NCBI GenBank assembly: GCA_038245785.1
Contig: JBBRSB010000003.1
Location: 166,336-230,335, forward strand
Direction of reading: 5' to 3'
Origin: Gloeobacterales cyanobacterium
Lineage (GTDB): Bacteria; Cyanobacteriota; Cyanobacteriia; Gloeobacterales; PMM-0068
Length of the DNA stretch: 64,000 bases
Made by a program: the position numbers and the translations under genes
Part shown: in pieces, positions 30,238-38,931 of the stretch
Layout of the letters: every line of letters begins with the position of its first letter
How positions within the stretch are numbered: the stretch's first letter is position 1
The notes under the pieces: generated by a model
What the model was told of the DNA's origin: nothing
The model's database searches: none
The model's input: the letters and a program-made list of their open reading frames with translations, nothing else

Positions 30238-31197
30238 TCAAATCTTACTCAGAAAAAAGCAGGCCTGGTCACCCCTTCCTTCCTGATTTAAAACTTTTGC
30301 TTTCTCATCAAACTTATTGCGCTCTATCTTAGAAAAGGGAGGAGATTTAAGTTGCTCCACAAAAGGAACACCGCGAACATAACCTTCGCTTATCCAGAAT
30401 TGATTTCCTGTAGAGTCATAAATTACTTTAGAAATTTTAAAGCTAGCTTGAGTTGCTAGGATTTCCATACTTTTCTCTGTATGGAGAAAGAAATGGCGCG
30501 GGGCATCGAGTTGGTACCAGTTGACTCCATAGGTTTCCCAGGCATAGCATTGTGCTATCGGTATTCTAATTAGAACCAATCGGTCAGCCGACAAAAGACG
30601 ATGGATATTTTTCAAGGTGGGCAAGGGATCATCCATGTGCTCAAAAGAATGATTGAGCATGATGAAATCATAGGTCCCTTCGAGATCTTTTAGACTACGC
30701 TTAAGGATAGTGACTCCCTGCTCATAATGAATATCTTGGTCAAGAAATGGATCAATGCCTGTCAGATTAGAAAAGCCTAATTCGCGCATTTCTAGTAACA
30801 AATCGCCTGTCCCACAGCCCACATCTAAAATGGAGCTATCCATGCTTAATTCAGCTAGCTTTAACCACTCAGTCCAAGCAGGAAAATCATATTTATTAGC
30901 AAGCAGTTGACCTACGAGATTCCCCTGACCTAAGGATTGCTTAGCCATTTGGCGCTCAAGATACTGTTTCCCTTTCATGTATACACTTTTCAACAAACTC
31001 TCTTCATTTTTAGCGCCGTAGGAGTAGTAATGCTGAGGATAGTATTTGGAAATATCAGAGGGTATTTCTTTGATTTGCAGACAATTACACTCAGCACATT
31101 GCCCGTATTCGAACTCATCTTTAAATCCAAACATCATCTCACGGGCAATAAAAGAAGAGTTGCTTTCTCCATTTCCACAAATTCGGCAACAAAACAT
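30238..31197 (-). CDS. Class I SAM-dependent methyltransferase with an N-terminal Zn ribbon
   Basis: CRIC..CAEC, ILDVGCGTG, HSFEH, DAPRH; visibly AT-richer than its neighbours. Confidence 0.85.
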   Translation of the reverse strand: MFCCRICGNGESNSSFIAREMMFGFKDEFEYGQCAECNCLQIKEIPSDISKYYPQHYYSYGAKNEESLLKSVYMKGKQYLERQMAKQSLGQGNLVGQLLANKYDFPAWTEWLKLAELSMDSSILDVGCGTGDLLLEMRELGFSNLTGIDPFLDQDIHYEQGVTILKRSLKDLEGTYDFIMLNHSFEHMDDPLPTLKNIHRLLSADRLVLIRIPIAQCYAWETYGVNWYQLDAPRHFFLHTEKSMEILATQASFKISKVIYDSTGNQFWISEGYVRGVPFVEQLKSPPFSKIERNKFDEKAKVLNQEGRGDQACFFLSKI

Positions 31198-31242
31198 TCT
31201 TTATGTTCTCCGATACAGTATCTGTGAACTACTCTGATATTT

Positions 31243-31806
31243 ATGTATCATTGCCCCGCCTGCCATAACGATTATCTGTTGGCGCTAAACCCTTGCCCTG
31301 GCTGTGGAGAACTCCAGGTCAAACGGCAGAAAGCCAGCCGGGCCAAAGAACGACGCCAAAGCTATGACCCAATTGGGCGGATTGATGACCAAGAATTTTG
31401 GATGACTTTACGCTGGTATGACCACTGTCCCTGCTGCGGAGCTTCCTGGGGAACCGAAACCATTGCCAAAGACCACATTATTCCGCTCTCGAAGGCAGGT
31501 CCAAACTTAGCAGAAAATCTGCAACCCCTGTGTATCCCGTGCAACCTTTGGAAATCAGACTATCTCATTTATTTTGACCGAGCTTTCCCAGGAAAAGCCT
31601 GTGCGCTCCCCCCTGTCCTCTGGCCCTATCTGGAAGGTTTTACGCAAGTGGCTAAAAGCCCCCTATCTTCACCCCAAGTACCTCTACTTTCCATGGACAT
31701 CCAGCCCTGCTATCCAGAGACTATTCCCTCTGCGCTAGAGGAAAAAACCGTATCCCTCACCTTAGAAGCAATCCAAATCCATCCATCACCCGACACTGCC
31801 GATTAA
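31243..31806 (+). CDS. HNH endonuclease with an extra N-terminal Zn ribbon
   Basis: CPAC/CPGC, then CPCCG..DHIIPLSKAG.N..ENLQPLCIPCN. Confidence 0.8.
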   Translation: MYHCPACHNDYLLALNPCPGCGELQVKRQKASRAKERRQSYDPIGRIDDQEFWMTLRWYDHCPCCGASWGTETIAKDHIIPLSKAGPNLAENLQPLCIPCNLWKSDYLIYFDRAFPGKACALPPVLWPYLEGFTQVAKSPLSSPQVPLLSMDIQPCYPETIPSALEEKTVSLTLEAIQIHPSPDTAD

Positions 31807-33372
31807 ACCGATTTGACCAAGCAGGTCCGAAGACGCAGGAAGCAGAATAGCCGCCATCATAAACAGAGCAACGAGCGCTAGATTATCTCTACCCTCATCG
31901 GTTTCAGTGATGTCATCCAGGCAGGGACGCTCAGGTAGGCGAGCTAGCAGAAAAACAACCGCAGCCCAAAATAGAAACTGGGTGATGAAGATTCCAGCAA
32001 CCGCTAAAAGGATTAGGGTCACGGTGCCCACTTTGCGGGCCGTATCTCGACCGTAAACAGCCGTGACCAAACGCCCTCCATCCAACTGTCCACAGGGCAG
32101 CAGACTTAAACCCGTAATCAATAGACCAAGTGTCCCGGCAATAACCAGCGGATGGAGGTGGACTAATTCGCCGGCAGGGATCGTGCCGAGGGTAGCCCGT
32201 GCGGTCAAAGCTAACAAAACAGAATTGCTAAAAAATTCTCCTCCTACAACCAAAGGCCCTGGCGTTTTGGTCAAGCCCGAGAGCAGCAAACCCGCCAGCA
32301 AAATCCCCCAGGAGATAATCCCTCCTACGGCGGGCCCTGCCAAAGCAATATCAAAGAGTGCTTTACGGCTGGGAGGCGGTGAAAGCAATCGCGTTAAAGT
32401 CGCAAAGATACCAGGAAGAATGACAAAGCCTCCCACGGGCCCGGCGAAGGCAGGAACGGGAGAAACCAAAGGAATGAGATAGGCCGGACTCAGCTTGACA
32501 AGATATTTACCAGCCTGCCAGCGATGCGCGGCTTCATGGGCCAAGAGAGTCAGCAAGATAATACCGGCAATAGATAGTGCTTCTTGCCAGCGTTGGGGGG
32601 TTGTGACCAGGCTAAAGTCCATACTGTTAGCAGCCATTTCGAGCAAGGCCCCAAAGCCAATGACCAACAGAACAAGAGCAATCCAGGAAGGAGTGGTCGG
32701 ACGGTCAAAGGGGTCATTGTCTTTAGCCAGGACTAAGACTACAGGTTTTTCTTCCTGGGCTTGCTGGATAAGATGTACCCGGTAGCGGTTCCCAAAAATC
32801 TCCTGGAAAGCCGTCGCTAACTGTTGGAGGATAGGTGCTGCTTCACCCCGCAAATTACCTTTAAATACGATTCCCTGAGGGTAGGGCTCAACTTCCTGAA
32901 GATAGAAGGTGTCCAGACCAAATAGCCCCCGCATTCTTTCAACATCTTCTCGAGGAACCGCAAATTCCTCTTCCGGCAACGTGATCGTCACAGAGGGAAT
33001 AGGACCATGCGTGGCAGACTCGGAGGACTGCTGCTCTAAGGCTTGTTGTTTTTCCAATTCCCTCCTGCGCGCCTCAAAAAGTTCTTGTTGCTGAATTTTC
33101 TGAACCCTAGCGGCGGCTCTCGATTGACTGCCCAACCAGACATAGGAAAAGGTGCTGAGACTGAGGAGTATTAGCAAGGTTACAAAATTAAGTCCAAACC
33201 CCACACCCGCTAGACCAAAAACAATTAGCCAAGGGAGCACAAGCGCAACAGCTTGCAGCCAGGCGAAAATGCCTAGCTTGCCTGCTTTGCGGGCTTGGAA
33301 AAAACTCCAACCCAAAAGGGCAAGGCTTATCAGTAGAAGAGGGACTACAAGGCTCATGGGTTTTTCTGGCAT
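31786..33372 (-). CDS. Site-2 (M50) membrane metalloprotease, EGY-like
   Basis: Motifs HEAAH, DIALAGP, LLPCGQLDGG. Confidence 0.9.
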   Translation of the reverse strand: MPEKPMSLVVPLLLISLALLGWSFFQARKAGKLGIFAWLQAVALVLPWLIVFGLAGVGFGLNFVTLLILLSLSTFSYVWLGSQSRAAARVQKIQQQELFEARRRELEKQQALEQQSSESATHGPIPSVTITLPEEEFAVPREDVERMRGLFGLDTFYLQEVEPYPQGIVFKGNLRGEAAPILQQLATAFQEIFGNRYRVHLIQQAQEEKPVVLVLAKDNDPFDRPTTPSWIALVLLVIGFGALLEMAANSMDFSLVTTPQRWQEALSIAGIILLTLLAHEAAHRWQAGKYLVKLSPAYLIPLVSPVPAFAGPVGGFVILPGIFATLTRLLSPPPSRKALFDIALAGPAVGGIISWGILLAGLLLSGLTKTPGPLVVGGEFFSNSVLLALTARATLGTIPAGELVHLHPLVIAGTLGLLITGLSLLPCGQLDGGRLVTAVYGRDTARKVGTVTLILLAVAGIFITQFLFWAAVVFLLARLPERPCLDDITETDEGRDNLALVALFMMAAILLPASSDLLGQIGLIGSVG

Positions 33373-33450
33373 GAATAGCCAGATGGATACGCCTAGATAT
33401 TCTTTCCAGCATATCTCTTCAATTTGTCTTTACTCGTTTTAACAACCGAC

Positions 33451-34536
33451 TTATCGGTCACCAAGACAGATCCCTAAGCCGCGCGCAGTCCTAACCAGTG
33501 TCCCTCCAAGCTCCACCGCACTATACAGAGCGATAGCTTCAGCGATAGGGACATTCACAACCTGGCGTTTTTGCCAGGTAACAATCTGGTCATATTTATC
33601 TTGTGCAATCAAGTCCACAGCCGCTACTCCAAAGGCCGAAGCCACCAGACGCTCTAAAGGAGAAGGGGTTCCTCCTCGCTGAATATGGCCTAAAACCGTA
33701 ACCCGAGTTTCTGCGCCACTACATTCAGCAATTCGGTCGGCTAAGTACTGTCCAATTCCTCCGTAACGCGATTGTCCTGGCTTGTTGCCCAGGGTTACAG
33801 AAGCCCCTTCTTCTGTCCGAACAGCTTCTGACACAATCACCAAGGAAAAGTTTTTATCTCGTTTTTGCCGTTCTGCGATTTTGGCGCAGATATGGGCGAT
33901 GGAATATGGGATTTCAGGAATCAGGATCACATCGGCTCCGCCAGCAATGCCCGCACAGATAGCGATATGCCCGGCGTCTCGCCCCATCACCTCCAAGATC
34001 ATGACGCGTGAATGACTGGCCGCCGTGAAATGCAAGCGGTCCAGGGCTTCCGTAGCAATGTTGACCGCCGTATCAAACCCAACGGAACGCTCGGTAATGC
34101 CCACATCGTTATCAATCGTTTTGGGGATGGCTACCAGATTCAATCCACCTTGCTGGGCCAGTTTGCGCAGAATTGCCAAACTTCCATCTCCACCAATGCC
34201 AATCACCGCTTCCAATCCAAGCTCGTTATAGCCCGCAATGATCTCTTCAGAACGGTCTAGGAGGCTGCCATCAGGCATCGGAAAGGCGAAAGGATCGCCT
34301 TGGTTGGTGGTTCCCAACATGGTGCCGCCAGCCGTCAACAGGTGAGAGACTTTATCCAAATCTAGAGAAACTGCTTGGGGAGGAGAGGCCATCAGTCCTT
34401 GGGTAGCCCGGCTGATGCCCAAAACTTCCCACCCATAGGTGCCTGTAGCATGATGAACGACAGCACGGATAACAGCGTTTAATCCGGCACAGTCGCCGCC
34501 ACTGGTCAAAATACCAATACGTTTTCGGGCTTTCAT
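33451..34536 (-). CDS. pfkA: 6-phosphofructokinase
   Basis: Motifs TSGGDCAGLN, GGDGS, PKTIDND, EVMGR, LGHIQRGG. Confidence 0.93.
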   Translation of the reverse strand: MKARKRIGILTSGGDCAGLNAVIRAVVHHATGTYGWEVLGISRATQGLMASPPQAVSLDLDKVSHLLTAGGTMLGTTNQGDPFAFPMPDGSLLDRSEEIIAGYNELGLEAVIGIGGDGSLAILRKLAQQGGLNLVAIPKTIDNDVGITERSVGFDTAVNIATEALDRLHFTAASHSRVMILEVMGRDAGHIAICAGIAGGADVILIPEIPYSIAHICAKIAERQKRDKNFSLVIVSEAVRTEEGASVTLGNKPGQSRYGGIGQYLADRIAECSGAETRVTVLGHIQRGGTPSPLERLVASAFGVAAVDLIAQDKYDQIVTWQKRQVVNVPIAEAIALYSAVELGGTLVRTARGLGICLGDR

Positions 34537-34666
34537 AGGCTCTCAATCATCGCAGTTAGCGCTAAGCTTGCAGCAAATTTAATTTTTCTTATTTAGAATC
34601 GACGAATTTTGGTTAGAGGCATTTAGACTTCCAGGCAGCGACGGGGCTAGGCCAGAGCGTCCATGG

Positions 34667-35239
34667 CTATTCCCACAGAGGAGCAAGATTCAAGGTAAAT
34701 CCTGGAAGAATTTCTTCCCCTGACACGTTAGCGGGAGATTGGAGCACCTGCACATCTCGGCCTAGGTGATATATCTCAACCCGTTGGTTTTGAGGGTCTA
34801 TCAGCCAGCCCAACCGCACTCCATTATCGATATACTCACGCATCTTTGCTTGCAGCGATATTAAAAGATCGCTCTGGAAACGTAGTTCCACTACAAAGTC
34901 AGGCGCTAAGGGCAAGAATTTTGCAGGGTCTGCATCCAAGGATTCCAATCACTCCCGCATCACCCAGGAAGCATCAGGAGAACGGTTTACGCCATTAGGA
35001 AGCTTAAAACCCGTAGAAGAGTCAAAAACAATGCCTAAGCCTGCTTGCCGATTCCAAAAAATCAGTTCAGCCGTTAGTTCTGCATTTCTCTTTCCCGTTC
35101 CCCATCCTGTGGGTGCCATGATCATCAGCTCTCCGGTCTGCGACCGCTCAAACCGCCAATCACGGTTTGCCTGACAGAGCTCAAAGAACTGTTCATCTGT
35201 GAGCCCAATGGATTTTACATCAAGGGTAATAGGACCCAT
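34667..35239 (-). pseudogene. Uma2 endonuclease interrupted by an in-frame TGA (34949-34951)
   Basis: Reads RSPDASWVMRE*LESLD..APDFVVEL in one frame. Confidence 0.85.
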
Positions 35240-35359
35240 ACCATTTATGTCTTGGGGCATCTGAGATGGTTGTGCGGAGCGAGAAAGCACGCCGTAAGCT
35301 CAAGATGGATTTGATAGTTCTATCGTCTATCGGTCAGCTAAGGGTGTCAATAATTTCTC

Positions 35360-35431
35360 AGCCCCCGGTCAGATTCGAACTGACGACCTACGGTTTACAA
35401 AACCGTTGCTCTACCACTGAGCTACAAGGGC
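35360..35431 (-). tRNA. trnT: tRNA-Thr (anticodon UGU)
   Basis: gcccttgtagctcagtggtagagcaacggttttgtaaaccgtaggtcgtcagttcgaatctgaccgggggct folds as a cloverleaf; CCA not encoded. Confidence 0.97.
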
Positions 35432-35582
35432 ATATACCAGCAATCTATTTTACCCATACCCCTGGAAATTTTGCAGAGGGCTATCAAAATAGAGCGTGAC
35501 CAAAACACATGAATAGTGTGAGCATGTAGTTTCTAGACCACGTTCCATGGATTTTTCACTAGATTTGCTACGCTGGTATCTT

Positions 35583-35921
35583 ATGAAACTATTTCCCCTT
35601 GTCCTCGTTGGTCTTCTGGTAGTTGTCATTGGCGCTGGCGTCTTTCTGCTGACGGCTGGCAAAACTATCGGGCAGTTTTTCTTTGGCAAAAGCTATGCCG
35701 AAGGAGAGCTGAAAGAATACGTTGCCTCTGTGCTTAAAGATGAAGTGAGTGGTTCTAGCTGCCAGACCTACGACACAGACGACAATGGCTACGTTTCCTG
35801 TGACTACACCACCACCAAACAACCAAATAATACCCGCTCCCTTGACTGTGCCACCTGGGGTGTGGGTGGTTTCCTGAATCGTGGCTGTAAAACCCGCCTG
35901 CCGAACTTCCAAAGTAATTAG
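35583..35921 (+). CDS. Hypothetical membrane-anchored protein with four Cys
   Basis: N-terminal TM helix; CQTYDTDDNGYVSC and C..RGCK. Confidence 0.7.
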   Translation: MKLFPLVLVGLLVVVIGAGVFLLTAGKTIGQFFFGKSYAEGELKEYVASVLKDEVSGSSCQTYDTDDNGYVSCDYTTTKQPNNTRSLDCATWGVGGFLNRGCKTRLPNFQSN

Positions 35922-36047
35922 CGATGCACAGTACAAAATTTTGGCCTATGTAAAGCTAATTCAATCAATTACACGTCAGGCAAAATGCCTGAGCAAAGCC
36001 GTGTTAACATTCTCAAGACAAGCTAAAGCAAAGCGTGGATAGGGGTT

Positions 36048-36998
36048 ATGGCGAATCTAAGAGCAATTCGGGACCGCATCAAAAGTGTAAGCAACACGCA
36101 GAAGATTACAAAAGCGATGCGTCTAGTGGCCGCAGCCAAAGTGCGGCGCGCCCAGGAACAAGTCCTTGCCACCCGACCTTTTGCCGATAAACTGGCGGCT
36201 GTTCTCTATCGTCTCCAGTCCCGCTTGCAGTTTGAAGATGTAGATCTACCGCTGTTGGCTACCCGCGAAGTAAAAACCGTGGCGCTACTGGTTTTTAGTG
36301 CAGACAGGGGATTGTGTGGAGGCTACAACAGCAACATCCTCCGTCAGGCAGTCAGTAGAATTCGCGAATTGAAGGAAGAAGGACTGGCTTTCAAAATCTA
36401 TCCAGTGGGCAATAAGGCCGTTAACTTCTTCCGTCGCTCCGCTTTTGCTGACCAAGTGGACAAGGCCTACGCCAACCTCCCTCAAGTTCCCACATCAAAA
36501 GAATCAGGGATGCTGGCAGATGATCTCCTGAGCATCTTCCTCTCTGGCGAAATTGACCGAGTAGAGATGATTTACACCAAGTTTATCTCGTTGATTGCCT
36601 CTAGGCCCTCGATCCAAACATTGCTGCCCCTTGATCCAAAAGGGCTGTCTCCTGAAGATGAAATCTTCAAACTGACCAGCAGAGATGGTCGCTTTGAAGT
36701 GAGCCGTGAAAAAGTACAGGTGGAGAAGAAAGAAATTCCCCAAGATATGATTTTTGAGCAAGACCCTGCTCAAATCTTGGACTCTTTGTTGCCGCTTTAC
36801 TTAAATAATCAAATCCTTCGGGCCTTGCAGGAAGCTTCTGCTAGTGAATTGGCAGCACGGATGACTGCGATGAGCGCCGCTTCTGACAACGCGAAGAAGC
36901 TGATTGGCACCCTAACTATTGAGTACAACAAAGCCCGTCAAGCTAGTATTACTCAACAAATCATGGAGATTGTGGGTGGTGCTGAGGCCATGAGTTAA
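36048..36998 (+). CDS. atpG: F1 ATP synthase gamma subunit (cyanobacterial atpC)
   Basis: Motifs [40 protein letters not shown]; has the cyanobacterial insertion without redox cysteines. Confidence 0.98.
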   Translation: MANLRAIRDRIKSVSNTQKITKAMRLVAAAKVRRAQEQVLATRPFADKLAAVLYRLQSRLQFEDVDLPLLATREVKTVALLVFSADRGLCGGYNSNILRQAVSRIRELKEEGLAFKIYPVGNKAVNFFRRSAFADQVDKAYANLPQVPTSKESGMLADDLLSIFLSGEIDRVEMIYTKFISLIASRPSIQTLLPLDPKGLSPEDEIFKLTSRDGRFEVSREKVQVEKKEIPQDMIFEQDPAQILDSLLPLYLNNQILRALQEASASELAARMTAMSAASDNAKKLIGTLTIEYNKARQASITQQIMEIVGGAEAMS

Positions 36999-37390
36999 GC
37001 CACAGCTGTCATGCACGGCCTCTGTCCGTTCGAGGTGGATTCCAACATTTTGCCTGAAGGTTCGTGATTGGCATCGGTTTCTGTTCTGGATATCCCGAAA
37101 CATCTCACCATATGCAAACAATTGGGTGGAATGGTGCACCCATCCGAATGCAATGTGACCAGTACAAACGTTTTGCCACTGATTCTGGCCTGCTCTTGGT
37201 TCCTAGAATTACTATGCGCAGGTTTTTTTGGTCATCCCTACAGCACAAATAAAACCACCTAGACACCACTTTTGATAGATGAATTTGCGCTCTTCAGAAA
37301 GTTAGTATCTCTAACGGGAAGGGAAGATAGAACGTATCATCTCTAGAAAAAATGGGCGAAAACTTAAACTAGGGGCATCAGAGGTGTTTT

Positions 37391-37642
37391 ATGGATGAGT
37401 ACAAAATGGTAAGTTGTGATTTTGAGGACCAGCTAGAAGCATGGTCAACTTTGCGCCAGAGCTGCAAGATTACCTATCGAAGTACGGAAAGTGCGTTGGT
37501 TGAAGCTGAGGGACTTATTGTAGATATTTATTCTGCTGATAAAGCAGACTTTCTTAAATTGAAGGATGGAACTGTAATTCGGCTAGATAAGATTGTGTCA
37601 GTCAACGGTAAGAAGGTTTCTGAATACGATTTGAAAGATTAG
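37391..37642 (+). CDS. Rof/YaeO-like small protein
   Basis: Pattern Y...SCDFEDQLE ... IRLDKI. Confidence 0.65.
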   Translation: MDEYKMVSCDFEDQLEAWSTLRQSCKITYRSTESALVEAEGLIVDIYSADKADFLKLKDGTVIRLDKIVSVNGKKVSEYDLKD

Positions 37643-37738
37643 AAAATAACTACCCTAATCTATAGAAGCATCACGTTCTGGATGCATGCCAGACACTTGT
37701 AAAGGATTCAAATTAAAGTTAAGTAGAGATAATTAAAC

Positions 37739-38533
37739 ATGGATCTTAAATTAACTAATAGGACTGCATTGGTAACAGGTTCTACGGCTGGGATTGGCTT
37801 GGCAATCGCCTCTACTCTGGCACAAGAAGGGGCATCGGTTGTCGTTAATGGACGGACTCAAGAACGGGTTTCTGCCGCTATTGCGCATATCAAGCAGACC
37901 AATGCTGACGCAAAACTTCAGGGCGTTGTCGCAGATCTCTCTACCCAAGAAGGCACGGACAAACTATGCTCACAGGTTCCAACATTAGACATTTTGGTCA
38001 ACAATCTGGGCATCTATGAAGCCAAACCATTTACGGAAATCTCGGATCAGGACTGGACAAAGATACTAGAAGTAAACGTTTTAAGTGGAGTGCGGTTATC
38101 TCGACAGTATTTGCCCCAGATGCTGCAGCAAGACTGGGGTCGCATTATCTTTATATCTAGTGAATCAGCCGTAAATATTCCCGTCGAGATGATTCATTAT
38201 GGGGTGACCAAGACTGCGCAGTTGGCCCTTGCACGCGGTCTTGCCGAAATGACTGTAGGGAGTCAAGTTACGGTTAATTCTGTGCTGGCTGGCCCGACCA
38301 AATCTGAGGGTGTTGCCACCTTTGTTGAGGAGTTAGCCACGGCTCAAGGAGTGGACTCGAGCCAGGTAGAAAAGGATTTTTTCCAGAATATCCGTCCTTC
38401 CTCATTGCTCAAACGATTCGCCGAACCAGAGGAAGTAGCAGCCTTAGTCACCTTTGTTGCTAGTCCCCTAGCCTCGGCGGTCAATGGTGCCGCCCTGCGG
38501 GTTGAGGGTGGAGTGGTGCGTTCTATTCTTTGA
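37739..38533 (+). CDS. Short-chain dehydrogenase/reductase
   Basis: Motifs TGSTAGIG, NNLG, YGVTK. Confidence 0.9.
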   Translation: MDLKLTNRTALVTGSTAGIGLAIASTLAQEGASVVVNGRTQERVSAAIAHIKQTNADAKLQGVVADLSTQEGTDKLCSQVPTLDILVNNLGIYEAKPFTEISDQDWTKILEVNVLSGVRLSRQYLPQMLQQDWGRIIFISSESAVNIPVEMIHYGVTKTAQLALARGLAEMTVGSQVTVNSVLAGPTKSEGVATFVEELATAQGVDSSQVEKDFFQNIRPSSLLKRFAEPEEVAALVTFVASPLASAVNGAALRVEGGVVRSIL

Positions 38534-38538
38534 ACTTC

Positions 38539-38904
38539 TCACTTAGACTCATGGATTGCAATCTGGACCTGTCCTTCAACGATGCGCGTCGGAAAGGTGG
38601 GGATACTGACATTTTCATCGTCTAAGCATTTGCCCGTGGCCAGGCAAAAATTCTGCTTGTAGATGGGGGAGGCGACTTTGGGCGTGCCGTTACGATCACC
38701 AATAAGGCCTCTAGACAATACGAATGCTCTACTAAAGGGGTCATAGTTGCTGATAGCAAATACTTCTGTTCCTTTTCCTAGACGAAAGATAGCAACCTGT
38801 TGCCCTTCCACCAGAGCACAGACTCCCATATTAGGATGAATGGCCTCCACAGAACAAACGGTAATCCATTGGGTCGCTTTTTGAGCAGGTATTGCTTGTG
38901 TCAT
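38539..38904 (-). CDS. nirD: NAD(P)H nitrite reductase small subunit
   Basis: Motifs AISNYDPF, LSRGLIGD, VASPIYKQNF. Confidence 0.92.
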   Translation of the reverse strand: MTQAIPAQKATQWITVCSVEAIHPNMGVCALVEGQQVAIFRLGKGTEVFAISNYDPFSRAFVLSRGLIGDRNGTPKVASPIYKQNFCLATGKCLDDENVSIPTFPTRIVEGQVQIAIHESK

Positions 38905-38931
38905 ATTGCTTCCTTATAAATTAACTAATAA

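Noticed and set aside
35360..35431. Integrative element at tRNA-Thr
   Set aside because: No integrase and no duplicated tRNA 3' end were noticed; only a Uma2 pseudogene is adjacent.
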